Shown: positions 51,577 through 64,000 of the stretch, in pieces
How positions within the stretch are numbered: position 1 is the stretch's first letter
How the letters are laid out: every line of letters starts with the position of its first letter
Assembly (NCBI RefSeq): GCF_001194135.2
Contig: NC_068989.1
Location: 25,818,614-25,882,613 of the forward strand
Source of the DNA: Octopus bimaculoides
Taxonomy: Eukaryota
Length of the DNA: 64,000 bases
Direction: 5' to 3'
Position numbers and translations under genes: made by a program
Notes under the pieces: model-generated
Seen by the model: the letters and a program-made list of their open reading frames with translations, nothing else
What the model was told of the DNA's origin: nothing
The model's database searches: none

Positions 51577-52042
51577 NNNNNNNNNNNNNNNNNNNNNNNN
51601 NNNNNNNNNNNNNNNNNNNNNNNNNNNNNNNNNNNNNNNNNNNNNNNNNNNNNNNNNNNNNNNNNNNNNNNNNNNNNNNNNNNNNNNNNNNNNNNNNNNN
51701 NNNNNNNNNNNNNNNNNNNNNNNNNNNNNNNNNNNNNNNNNNNNNNNNNNNNNNNNNNNNNNNNNNNNNNNNNNNNNNNNNNNNNNNNNNNNNNNNNNNN
51801 NNNNNNNNNNNNNNNNNNNNNNNNNNNNNNNNNNNNNNNNNNNNNNNNNNNNNNNNNNNNNNNNNNNNNNNNNNNNNNNNNNNNNNNNNNNNNNNNNNNN
51901 NNNNNNNNNNNNNNNNNNNNNNNNNNNNNNNNNNNNNNNNNNNNNNNNNNNNNNNNNNNNNNNNNNNNNNNNNNNNNNNNNNNNNNNNNNNNNNNNNNNN
52001 NNNNNNNNNNNNNNNNNNNNNNNNNNNNNNNNNNNNNNNNNN

Positions 52043-52074
<32 letters not shown>

Positions 52075-52833
52075 TGTGTGCATGTATGACGTATGCATGT
52101 AGCATGTATGACGTATGTTTGTCCTCATTTAGCAACCGACATCGGTTAATTTACTTCCCCTTAACGTAGCGTTTATAGAGCAATTATGAAACTTAAAATA
52201 TTAATATTACTACTGTTTTCGTTTTTTATCGACTAAACGTTCAAGGCGGTACCTTACGGAATCCTGGCAATGGAATGGCTGAGACAAAATTATATTCATA
52301 CATACACACGAATATACATATACTATATATGTGTCTATAAATATACATATATATATATAAAGATGTGTGTGCATATATATTATATATATATATATATATA
52401 TATGTAGATATTTATACAAGACATACACACTTCACGTCTGGCTGTACAACCTTTTTGTTTGTTCATATCACCGTTTCGTTTTCCTGTCTTGTTTTTCGTC
52501 CGCCACTACCCTCCACGAAAACAATTTAATTTGTGTTCGTGGGAAGAACCATTTTAACGATGCGTACTGCCTTAATTCTTCGAAACGCCGGAGTTTTAAT
52601 GGTGGCAGCTGATGAAAGGGATGTTTCTATGTGGCCTGTTTGTTTGTTGCACCTTGTTTACCATTTTGTCCTTGTTCTTTTGCCACGTCATGTACCCAGT
52701 TATGTATCTATATGTACATGTGGATGAACGTATATACATACATGTACATATATATGCATATACTCATATATTGTTTATATATATATATATNNNNNNNNNN
52801 NNNNNNNNNNNNNNNNNNNNNNNNNNNNNNNNN

Positions 52834-52864
<31 letters not shown>

Positions 52865-52865
52865 A

Positions 52866-52959
<94 letters not shown>

Positions 52960-53010
52960 ATACATACATACATATATATATATACATATATATATATATT
53001 ATACACACAC

Positions 53011-53080
<70 letters not shown>

Positions 53081-56000
53081 TATACATACATACATATATA
53101 TATATATAAATATATAGATATAAATATATGTATAAATGTGTGTGTGTGTGTGTATGTGTGTGTGTGTATGTATGTGTAAATATATATGCGCGCGCGTGTT
53201 CTTGAAATCTATTCTCTATGTATCTCTGTATCTATCAAACTATTAATTATTATTATCATTATTCCTCTAACACAAAATGTAGAAATATTTCTGCTATATA
53301 TAGTGAGACTTTCTATCGTAATTTGAAATTCTATATCTGTACATCTGCCATTCTCTTAAAGCATTAACGTATCTAGAAAAGAATTATGCGTCAAAACGAT
53401 CGAATCTGTATGATATTTACCCTTCAAAAGTTCGACCCAATACATTTTCTGCTTAAGATTTCTTTCACAGACATTTTTGTGTTCAGTTTTCTTTTGCTCA
53501 TTTTCAATGCATTCTTTTAATCTTATTTTGTTTCACGTATACACTCTATATTATCTATCAATAAAAGGGCGATCAATAATCAAATCGTTAACATTTATAT
53601 ATTTTTTTTTCTTGTTTATATTTTCTTGGTTTTCCTCACCGCAGGATTTTAGGTAACCACCATTCTATATAATATGTCACGAATTATTCTAGATTATCAT
53701 CCGTTTAGCAGATGCAGAAATTGCTTTCAACATTGCTTTTTATGCTTTTCTATTTTCTTTCGATATATTTTTGTTATCATTAATTCATTCCATTATATTA
53801 TGTATTATTGTTTTCTCCTTTCACATGTCCACATCAATAATATATTCTATTTTCACATCCGTTCTTTTGCTTATATCAAGTCAAGTTACTGGAAATATAA
53901 TATAAATAACAAAATGACTGTTTCCATCAATAATATAAAGACCCTAAGCATTGACGTTTTCCTTTATTGGAGTAACTTCTATTATATCCAGTATACTTCA
54001 GAGCATTGTATGTCTCAGCAGAGTATACTTATTCATGGTATATCGTTTTTTGTTTTATAACAGTCGCCATCTTGCATAGTGGAATCTAAAGGCTGTCACG
54101 GTGAAATTTGCTCTGAAACTTTTATTTTTTTGCTGTCTAATATAAATACGAATATTATATCAGTGGCGTTTCTATTTTAGTATTCCCTAACTGACAATGA
54201 ATTGGAAATTGGATTTAAACGTAAAATGATATCGCTACTGCTGCATTCCATGTAACATCTATATATTGAGTAAAGGTGTACATGTGCGTTTTTGTTGTAT
54301 TTCTTCTTTTTGTTTAACTCCGCATGGATTCTGATCAATGTGACTATAATGCTATACTTTCGGGCTGTGGCCACTTTTTTTCACTTTGTACTTCAGAGAA
54401 AATCCCTATTTTCCATGATTAGATACATTTTTTTGTAATAGTTAAGCTCTGGGATGAAGCCAATTTGGTTCCTATATGTAAAATGTCGATCAACCATTTA
54501 CTGGTTCCTAATTACTTATTATCACAAAGCGGTTAATCTTACTAGCTCATTCTTTGAATTTTGCAAAGAAATATCAATTATCAGACTGTAAAGGCAAACC
54601 TGGAAATGACAGTAATTTATTGCTCAGAATGCGATAGAAACATATAGCACTTTCTTCACGTCAGTAGCAAAAAAGACGTACACAGCATAGGAATTACGGT
54701 GCACCATAGGACTATTAATGAGGTATCAAGTATCTGTACTATAGAAAATGATGCATTTCTAACAAATACCACGTAATACAAAATAATCGACAGTATATCA
54801 TTTCATTAGTAATTTTAATATTTGAATTACCTGTAAGTTAATAGTGAGGACGAGAGTAAGTTTTCAGCGCCTTTTCACAGATATTAGTAAACTTCTGTAA
54901 CCGCCATAGCTGATCAAGTTAAGTATTTACCTTATTTTTATTTTTATTTACCAATTTAACATTCGTGAAAATAATGTTGCTGAAATACCCATAAAATAAT
55001 CTTGATCAAAGTATATCAATCATGTATGTGTTGCTTACGTCAATTTCACTATATGTAACCTCAAAACAATTATGTATGAATTAGCCATAACTAACGAGTG
55101 ATGACAAACTGTGAAATCTTCTTACTTCAATGGTTAATAAGGCTAAAAGCCGTGTAAGATGCTTTAATATTCTTAATGTTTTATGTATAGCCTAATATAT
55201 TATTGAAAAAAAAAAGGCAAAAGAGAATAACAACACAAAATGTAAGTACTAATTAGAGAACAACAAAATGCACCATGGAAACACTGTTGGTAAAATGTGA
55301 AGGATGATGTTGAGATGACGTTTTGTTCGAAGCAGTAAATGAAATTCTATCAATTACATTGCGAAATATAAACAAAATATGGAACTAGATTTACCAAATG
55401 AAAGAACACTTGTACGTGATAGTAGCATTTCAGTCCTCCAAGATAAAATATAGAGAACAGGAAAAATATGGCTCCGTTGTCTGCGAATAATTTCGACCTG
55501 TTTTGAATGTTGTGAAACATGAAGCTGACAAGTCGTATATGACAAATGTATTTCTTCAGAAAAATTAGTTCATGGCATTGAGTAGAGGAAAATACAGGAG
55601 GATCAGTTAATCATGATTTTTTTCAACATATTACCCTCTCAGATGATTCACACACTTATTTTAGCAGTCCTCCATATTTTGTAAACCCTGAAACAGAACC
55701 CAGAAGTTTGGGCCTCCAACGAGATATATCGCGACACCCTTAAATCCAGGAAGTTTTCATCACCCCCACGTAAAGAATGTGACATTAGATTTGACACATA
55801 TAGGTGATCTGTGATGCAACAGCTTGTAGGTAGCATTTTCGCGCACAAACAGGAAAGAATCCACAGATAATTTCTCCTTTGTCAATCGTTCCAGAGTAGC
55901 TCGATGGTCCTTATGTTGACCCGTCAATAAATATGAATAAATATCTCAACAATAATTCATTTGTGTGAAAGTTATAGATTAACCATCCGAAGTATTCACA

Positions 56001-57090
56001 TGAAGAATGCCATTTCATGCACAGTGATCTGAAGGAGTACGTGAAAAAACACTGCTGTTAACAGTATACAATTGAAATGAATCTGTCAAGTGAGTTTAGA
56101 ATGGGTAGCATCAGACCAGAGAAAGGATTGTTGTTGCATAAGAACAAACGACAGAACGACAAGTAGGAGGAAATTTTAACAAAATTGCACCAAACGATAT
56201 CCTCGAGTCTTTCTTCGAACCCTCTGACTGATAATGAGTGATACCATCATTAGAGTGGCGGGCACCCGAAATTCGAAAGCAAGAGAGGAACATCAACAAT
56301 CTAACAAATATATCAATATTTCTTACACAGAAATTGTTGTACAAACTCCTAAAAGTACAAATCAGTTTAGAGCACTGCAACACCGACAGAACATGAGCAG
56401 TAGTATACTTTCTATGTTTACTGAGAAGAAGCGTAATGATTGCAAACATTGTCTGGTAGGTAGTCACATTTCCAGCAATGAATCAATTTGGAGAATTTAA
56501 AAAATTCTCATCGATCAACGTTACCGAACACTGGTCAACTAAACTGTCCCTCTGGTTGATAACGACTGAGTAGATATATTACTTAGATCATAGCTCGTTA
56601 ATCTCATAGCACTGCCCTCCTCTATATTTGCTTGAATTGAATGAATCATTCAGCAGAAGAACGAACACGTCAATGTAAACTATTGTACACAATGAAATTG
56701 CCTATGTCAACAACACACAATTTTTGCTTTCAGTTACTTCTCTACATTAGACAAAGAGCTACGTCATTTGGGGATCTTGCGTCTTTGCGGGGACAAATAA
56801 ACAACCTATTAAGAGGGGTCTATTTTTTAGATTCCTGCGTGAAAATGTATATTCGTAACAAATTTTACAAGAAACAGAATCACTGGCACAGTACCTTACA
56901 AAAGACAGTTAATACCATTATCCTTGTCATATGTAGAAGTGACGTACTCTCAAGAACCTATTATATAATGACAAAAAAATATCAACAGGCAATCTAATCC
57001 AAGAGAAATGAAAATTGAAAATTTGTATGTGAGAATTATTCAAACCCTATACATTAAAACTCTCGACCACATATTCTGTTCCATTTTGGT

Positions 57091-57474
57091 TGTTGGCACT
57101 CCGTCGCTTACGACGTCGAGGGTTCCAGTTGATCCAATCAACGGAACAGCCTGCTCGTGAAATTAACGTGCAAGTGGCTGAGGACTCCACAGACACGTGT
57201 ACCCTTAACGTAGTTCTCGGGGATATTCAGTGTGACACACAGTGTGACAAGGCTGCGCCTTTGAATTACAGGCACAACAGAAACAGGAAGTAAGAGTGAG
57301 AGAAAGTTGTGGTGAAAGAGTACAGCAGGGTTCGCCACCATCCCCTGGCGGAGCCTCGTGGAGATTTAGGTGTTTTCGCTCAATAAACACTTATAACGCC
57401 CGGTCTGGGAATCGAAACCACGATCCTACGACCGCGAGTCCGCTGCGCTAACCACTGGGCCATTGCGCCTCCAC
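57091..57474 (-). mobile_element. Full-length SINE family C with an 11-bp TSD
   Basis: Flanks TCCATTTTGGT (57080-90) and TCCGTTTTGGT (57475-85). Tail GACGGAGTGCCAACA. Confidence 0.93.
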
Positions 57475-58449
57475 TCCGTTTTGGTACTGACGAGCAGATT
57501 AACATTTTTTTTTAAATATCGCATTGACTGAATAGATATTTGTCGAAAAACCTCTTATCTATCTTTTTCCTCACCTTCCATGATTAAGATTTACCACCCG
57601 TATACAACTATGTTTGAGTGCTAATGTAGCTGTTGTTATGTGTTCCATGTCTAGGAACTAAAACTCAGAAGCAAAATTTGAGAAAGTATTAATTACAACC
57701 AAATTCAAATGCCGTTCAGAGATATCATTGTATCATACAGGAACATATTACTAAAGTTTCCAAAGTGTTCACATCACATTATCTGATACCAAATCTTAGC
57801 ATGGAAGGTGTGGCAGTGAAAGAAATTAACGCAAGGTCACTGGCATATTCCCTGAGAGAAATACTGCACACCAAGAGACAATCACTTTACTAGAGGTAGC
57901 TGGAGAATGTCAAATCAAATTTTCTAAAAGGAGTTACCGGTAGGAAGCCGTCCACACAATCTAATGCATAAGTTTGAAACCTCAATTTTGCTACATTGCA
58001 AATTCTATCCTCCAAACTTTTGCAATGCTACCAAAGTCTCCGTAGAACATTCATACTTCATGTTATGTAGATCGGGCTTGTGCCAAGTAAATTTCCTTTT
58101 GTGTGTTGTTTCATTCATAAAAGTATCACTGAAGCCAATTGATATCCAAAGTGAAATTCAGATTCCAGTTTCCACAAAATTTCTGAAAGTCATCAACAAA
58201 TCTAAAGAGTATGAATGCATGTTACTAAAATGTTCTTTGGAGATCCTCCATTTTAGCACATGTCTAATTACATGTTATTACTTCAGAGATTATGATTTCC
58301 AATATTCTCTTCCTTATTGTAGCATACTACTAAGCCAAGGATATTCATTCCGAAAATTTGAAAGGAACAAAACAGTTAACAAATTAGCAAAAAATTTTCA
58401 ACATTACCGAGTAACTCAGATTGACATTTTTCATATGAATGTGCATGTA

Positions 58450-58552
<103 letters not shown>

Positions 58553-58628
58553 ACATGCATGTATCAAAGTAGGCATGTGAATATCTACATATATATCTAT
58601 TCGTCCATTCATGCATTTATATATACAT

Positions 58629-58663
<35 letters not shown>

Positions 58664-58896
58664 GACAGACACATATATATATATATATGGAGAGAAAGAC
58701 AAACAGATACACAGAAGACAGAAACATTACGTGGGAAAATGAGTATCTGAATGTAAAATATATTTGTTATCAGATATCCGAGATTTTGGAATGCATTATC
58801 TGAGATGCCATTAAAACAACAAAATTACTCTGAATGAAAAGAATATGTATGCATGCCTACATTATCTCTCTCTTTCCCTATCTATTTGTCAATGTA

Positions 58897-59075
58897 TAGG
58901 CACCGGAGCGGTTGTGTAGTAATTGTCTTGCTTAACAACAGCATTGTTCCGGGTTCATTCCCACTGCGTGGCACCTCGGGCATGTGTCTTCTACTATAGC
59001 CTAGGGCCGACCAAAGCCTTGTGAGTTAGTATGTTAGACAGAAACCGAAAGAAGCCCGTCGTATATATGTATATT

Positions 59076-59135
<60 letters not shown>

Positions 59136-59345
59136 TCTGTGTTTCCCCCACCCCCGAACATCGCTTGACAAGCGATGGTTGTGTGTTTACGTCCCCGTAG
59201 CTTAGCGGTTAGGCAAAGGGGACCGATGGAGTTAGTACTAGGCTTACAAACAATAAGTCCTGCGGGCGATTTGCTCGACTAAGGACGGTGTTCCAGCATG
59301 GCCGCAGTCAAATGTCTGAAACAAGTAAAAGAGTAAAAGAGAAAA
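58897..59345 (+). mobile_element. Full-length SINE family A with an internal (TA)(TG) microsatellite
   Basis: tRNA-like head, CORE-like GCACCTCGGGCATGTGTCTTCT, internal microsatellite, tail and an (AGTAAA/AAAAGA) end. Confidence 0.92.
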
Positions 59346-59429
59346 GAGGGATTATCTATTTCTTTGTACGTGTGTTAATGCGTGTATCTGTGTGTCTGTA
59401 TGTGTGCGTGTGTGTGCGTGTGTGAAGGC

Positions 59430-60423
59430 ATGTGTTAGTTTGTGTGACTGGAGCTTAATGTGAGAAATTGGAAATTGAGTGAAAGGCTGTAGAGGATGTG
59501 CCTTAGCAGCAAAGTTATCGACGATAAAAAGTGAACCTTGGCCAAAGGTAGATGTTCTGTGCTGAAGATTACACCTCGATTTCGCTGGTCCCTTAAACGG
59601 TTCATACAACTTAGTGGTAGCGGATAGTTTCTCTAAATGGCCAGAAATCGGTAAGTGTAAAAATCCAACCTCTTCAACTGTAACAAACTTTCTACATGTG
59701 CTCTTTGCGAGATTTGGCGTTCCAGACGTGATAACGTCTGGCAATGGAACGGAGTGAGTGACATTTGTATTTAAGAAGTTTTGTAAAATGTTTGCTGTAG
59801 AACATGTAACTACGGTACCAAGCATCCTACATCTAACATAGAAGCAAAACGCTTTATCGATACATTAAAAAGAATACTAAGAATGTCGAATAAGGAAGTC
59901 ACGGATGAGGTAGCTCTACAAAAATTCTTAAGTGTATACCGTTTGAAACCAAATCCAAATACACCAGCAGGTATGTTACCAGCGGAGCTCATGTCTGCGA
60001 GGAAAATAAAGCCAGTCTTCGAGAAATTGCTACTTCGTAAGGAAAGAAAAATTACAATGCATAATACGGCAAAATATTTCAAAATTGATGAAAATGCATT
60101 TGTTAGGGCATATAACAAAGTTGGGAAGATGGCGTAATTACCAAACGCATATGAAAACTGCAATATTTGGTAAAAGGAAGAAATGGGGTATATAAGAGAC
60201 ACATGAACCAATTAAAATACAAGATTCGTTGAGGGTGATCCCAAGAGAATGGTAGAACCGATTTAATGGTTATATGATACTTTTCAAGTATCAATGCCAT
60301 TACATATAATGGAACAAGCGAAAGATGAATATGTACAGAGTTCCTGGAAGTGGAGGCCGAACTAAAAAATAATTTTAAGATGTAACTGTATGAAAAAGAA
60401 ACTCAAAAAAGTGAGGCGGGGGG
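59430..60423 (+). mobile_element. Ty3/Gypsy LTR retrotransposon integrase remnant ending in a polypurine tract
   Basis: HLDFAGPLNG..VVADSFSKWPE..LFARFGVPDVITSGNG..FIDTLKR..YR..P..PAELM. PPT AAAAGTGAGGCGGGGGG precedes TGT. Confidence 0.9.
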
Positions 60424-60680
60424 TGTAAAAATTATTACCGATAAAAAAATAAAATTACACTCTCTAGAAAAAAAGAAAAAAAACTAAAAAGGATGTTATG
60501 GGGATAATAGTAATAATGGAACACCCCTCCCACGTAACGAATGGTATGTGATGTCCTTATAAATGCTATGAGTAGTGTCTGTCGAAGAGTCGGTCATAGA
60601 GAGATAGTCGTGTCTTACTTGTCTAACTATACTGCTATAATGCCGTTATAAGAGTTCAACAGAGGATTACATAGTGCATA
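60424..60680 (+). mobile_element. Probable 3' LTR of the Gypsy element (right end uncertain)
   Basis: Starts with TGT immediately after the PPT and runs into (TA)n and a gap. Confidence 0.55.
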
Positions 60681-61249
60681 TATATATATATANNNNNNNN
60701 NNNNNNNNNNNNNNNNNNNNNNNNNNNNNNNNNNNNNNNNNNNNNNNNNNNNNNNNNNNNNNNNNNNNNNNNNNNNNNNNNNNNNNNNNNNNNNNNNNNN
60801 NNNNNNNNNNNNNNNNNNNNNNNNNNNNNNNNNNNNNNNNNNNNNNNNNNNNNNNNNNNNNNNNNNNNNNNNNNNNNNNNNNNNNNNNNNNNNNNNNNNN
60901 NNNNNNNNNNNNNNNNNNNNNNNNNNNNNNNNNNNNNNNNNNNNNNNNNNNNNNNNNNNNNNNNNNNNNNNNNNNNNNNNNNNNNNNNNNNNNNNNNNNN
61001 NNNNNNNNNNNNNNNNNNNNNNNNNNNNNNNNNNNNNNNNNNNNNNNNNNNNNNNNNNNNNNNNNNNNNNNNNNNNNNNNNNNNNNNNNNNNNNNNNNNN
61101 NNNNNNNNNNNNNNNNNTGTATATGCACAAATACACACACACGCGTACACACACAAACACGCACACATATATAGGCATTGATGCATATGTGTATTTATAT
61201 AAAATAGAAATGCATGTATATCTGAAAATATGTATTAGTGTATGTGTGC

Positions 61250-61301
<52 letters not shown>

Positions 61302-63283
61302 ATATATATGAATATTAGTATATCAGCGGGTGGGTGTGTATGGGAATATTCGCACTAAAAATTGGGAACAACCAGAGCTTAAGTGCCATTTTAGCACACA
61401 TATATGCTGTATGTATTCTTTATTGTGAAAGCGTGAGAGCATAAGGGAAACACATTGGTGAAACACATTTCAATCAAAGGAAAAGATTTCAAGCATATAT
61501 TGCAGTAGACATTTGTAGTCATTAACTTGAATTATATATATGTATCAACATAATTTTATATGTTAATGCTGTTTAAATTCGTCACTTAAACTAACTTATT
61601 TGTAATTACATTTTAATATCCTTCTGCTGATTATTGTATGATACAATCGGTTACTAAAGTCCTAAGAATTAAGATGTACACTTAAACCAGTATTACACCG
61701 TGTGTACACATCTTCCATTTTCTAGAGTACATAAGGAGAAATAAAATATCTCGGTTTAACCAAAGTTAATGACACTTGAAAGTGGAATATCACAAACACA
61801 CACATATATATACATGCAGAAGTATACATAAATGCATAGATAATTGTTGGTGAATTTGTATGTATGGGAGTAAGGGTGTTTCCTTATACGCATATATATA
61901 TAGATACGTTTATGGAAACATATGCTCTTACACTCATAAATATATACATCCACACGCGCACACACGGAAGCATATACAGAGGGAGAGGCCAAGAGAAAAG
62001 AAAAATCCTCTGATGGAGAAAGTGAGAGAGAGAGAGAGAGAGAGAGAGAAAGCTCTATATATGTAGGCAGACAGTCACATTATGTGTGATTATGCCTATT
62101 TAAAATTGTGCTCAAACATGCATTTATAGGATTCTTTTTTTATATCAGGTAGACATCTGACACAGAAATATTTCTGCATATAATCCTTATTTAATTAGCG
62201 AAGTAATTAAATTCTCTTACAATATTTAGCAAGCACTGACGCATTAACTACGCATTTAAAATATTTTACTTTGAGATGTATTTCAGGATAGATTAGGAGG
62301 TTGTGAAACATATGCATACGAAATATTGCTTTAAGTGTGTAAACATAGCAATAGAGAATTCATTATTAATGGCTACATCGGCAATCAATACTTTTACGAC
62401 ATGGGTTGAATGGTTTAACCGATTCTCAAAGTTTTATATGTGGTTGCAACAATGACTGTAAAGGGATGAATGTAAGATAAACATAGAAAGCAGATTAATA
62501 CGTACATAATTAATTTGTGTACATTCATATTGCTTAAAAGTATGTATTTCTTATGGCAGTTGAATACTATTTATTTTATAAATGCATGCACTTTGTTTTT
62601 CATCTTGTATAGCATTATTTTCACTCACACTATCCTAAAAACAAAGATACTTCTTTAAAAGAAACATTAACACAACTTTAATATTAATGCATTAATATTA
62701 TTATTCCTCTTGGTCGCATTGTTTCCCCCCCCCCCCCGCTTTATTGTATTTTCAATTATTCTCTCTATAATGTAAGTAAATTTTTGTTATCGTATAACAT
62801 TAGACAATTCTGTTAATCTAATCACTTTCTAAAAGGAATTCTATCCATCAATCCATCCATCCATCCGTCCACGGATGCATACATATATATATATACATAC
62901 NNNNNNNNNNNNNNNNNNNNNNNNNNNNNNNNNNNNNNNNNNNNNNNNNNNNNNNNNNNNNNNNNNNNNNNNNNNNNNNNNNNNNNNNNNNNNNNNNNNN
63001 NNNNNNNNNNNNNNNNNNNNNNNNNNNNNNNNNNNNNNNNNNNNNNNNNNNNNNNNNNNNNNNNNNNNNNNNNNNNNNNNNNNNNNNNNNNNNNNNNNNN
63101 NNNNNNNNNNNNNNNNNNNNNNNNNNNNNNNNNNNNNNNNNNNNNNNNNNNNNNNNNNNNNNNNNNNNNNNNNNNNNNNNNNNNNNNNNNNNNNNNNNNN
63201 NNNNNNNNNNNNNNNNNNNNNNNNNNNNNNNNNNNNNNNNNNNNNNNNNNNNNNNNNNNNNNNNNNNNNNNNNNNNNNNNNNN

Positions 63284-63321
<38 letters not shown>

Positions 63322-63325
<4 letters not shown>

Positions 63326-63600
63326 CCTCAGGCCGACTAAACGCTCGTGAGTGGATGTCGTACATAAAAACTGAAAGGAGACCGTTGTATATATCTATAT
63401 AGTTTTGTGTGCGCGTGTCTGTATTTGTACTCCTACCATTGCTTAACAACCGATGTTGCTGTTTTTACATTCCAATAACGTACCGATTCGGCAAAAGTCA
63501 CTGTTAGAATAAGTACTATGCTTACATAGTTTTGTTTGACCAGCGGTGGTGCTCCCGCATGGCCACAGTCACATGACTGAAACAAGTTAAACAATAAAAA
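63322..63600 (+). mobile_element. SINE family A, partial
   Basis: TATAGCCTCAGGCCGAC..AACTGAAAG..CATGGCCACAGTC..ACTGAAACAAG. Confidence 0.82.
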
Positions 63601-63616
63601 GCTATGCCATCTCAAT

Positions 63617-63644
63617 CCCGAGCAAGGCCGGGTATCTCTGCTAG
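63617..63644 (+). mobile_element. Probable Helitron 3' terminus
   Basis: GC-rich hairpin CCCG..CGGG followed 8 nt later by CTAG and then a host T, which is the canonical Helitron 3' arrangement. Confidence 0.55.
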
Positions 63645-64000
63645 TAAGAGCTCTAATAAAAGAAATGGATAATGATTATTCTCCTGCCACCATTTAATTT
63701 ATGATATATCATGTATGTTAAATAAATTTCAATTTAATTTCGTATATAATCGGGTATGCATCATGCATTCTGGTCCCTAGTTTTTCATCAAGTTTATATG
63801 TTGAAAGTGATGAAAAGTTTATGGACATTCAATTCAGGCGTTTCGTTTCAGTATTCCAGTTTTGAATGCAGATGAGCAATAACATGAAAGACAAATGGAA
63901 GCGAAATATTACAATAAACGAATGTTACTTTATGCAAATAGTCGTGCTCCGTTGAACAAAACTTTAGACAGATGAGGAAATAAAAGAAATAAATTTACTG

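Noticed and set aside
56050-56245. Minus-strand ..LNSLDRFISIVY resembling a GPCR DRY motif
   Set aside because: The frame is closed by stops on both sides, there are no other TM helices, and the Cys-to-DRF spacing is wrong.
3156-57474. tRNA genes at A/B-box motifs (3160, 12900, 34880, 44560, 51255, 57440)
   Set aside because: Each continues into a multi-copy SINE body and lacks a complete acceptor stem.

Overview
AT-rich, microsatellite-dense eukaryotic scaffold with 14 N-gaps (about 5.5 kb in total). The tRNA-derived SINE families and overall repeat make-up look like an octopus (coleoid cephalopod) genome; this is inferred from pattern recognition, not from a search. I found no intact gene I can name, only weak candidate exons. 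The window is a layered deposit of mobile elements: four Penelope-like pieces (one Naiad-like, three Neptune-like), two R4/Dong-type LINE fragments, RTE, CR1-type and L1/Tx1-type LINE fragments, a Ty3/Gypsy integrase with PPT and LTR start, three mariner derivatives, a Tigger/pogo remnant, a probable Helitron 3' end, several foldback/MITE-like hairpins and about 17 SINE copies or fragments from 5-6 families. The best-supported unusual structure is a three-level nest at 32919-34948. An outer SINE with a 16-bp TSD contains a second SINE of the same head family, which in turn contains a 1555-bp element with a 12-bp TSD that encodes only a gag/ORF1-like protein and has no RT or endonuclease. The two inner elements share a 3' tail, and both inserted into the tRNA-like SINE head. 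This suggests a SINE-targeting retrotransposition system. A second system is a ~520-bp non-coding element that, like the adjacent Dong LINE, sits in (TAA)n tracts.
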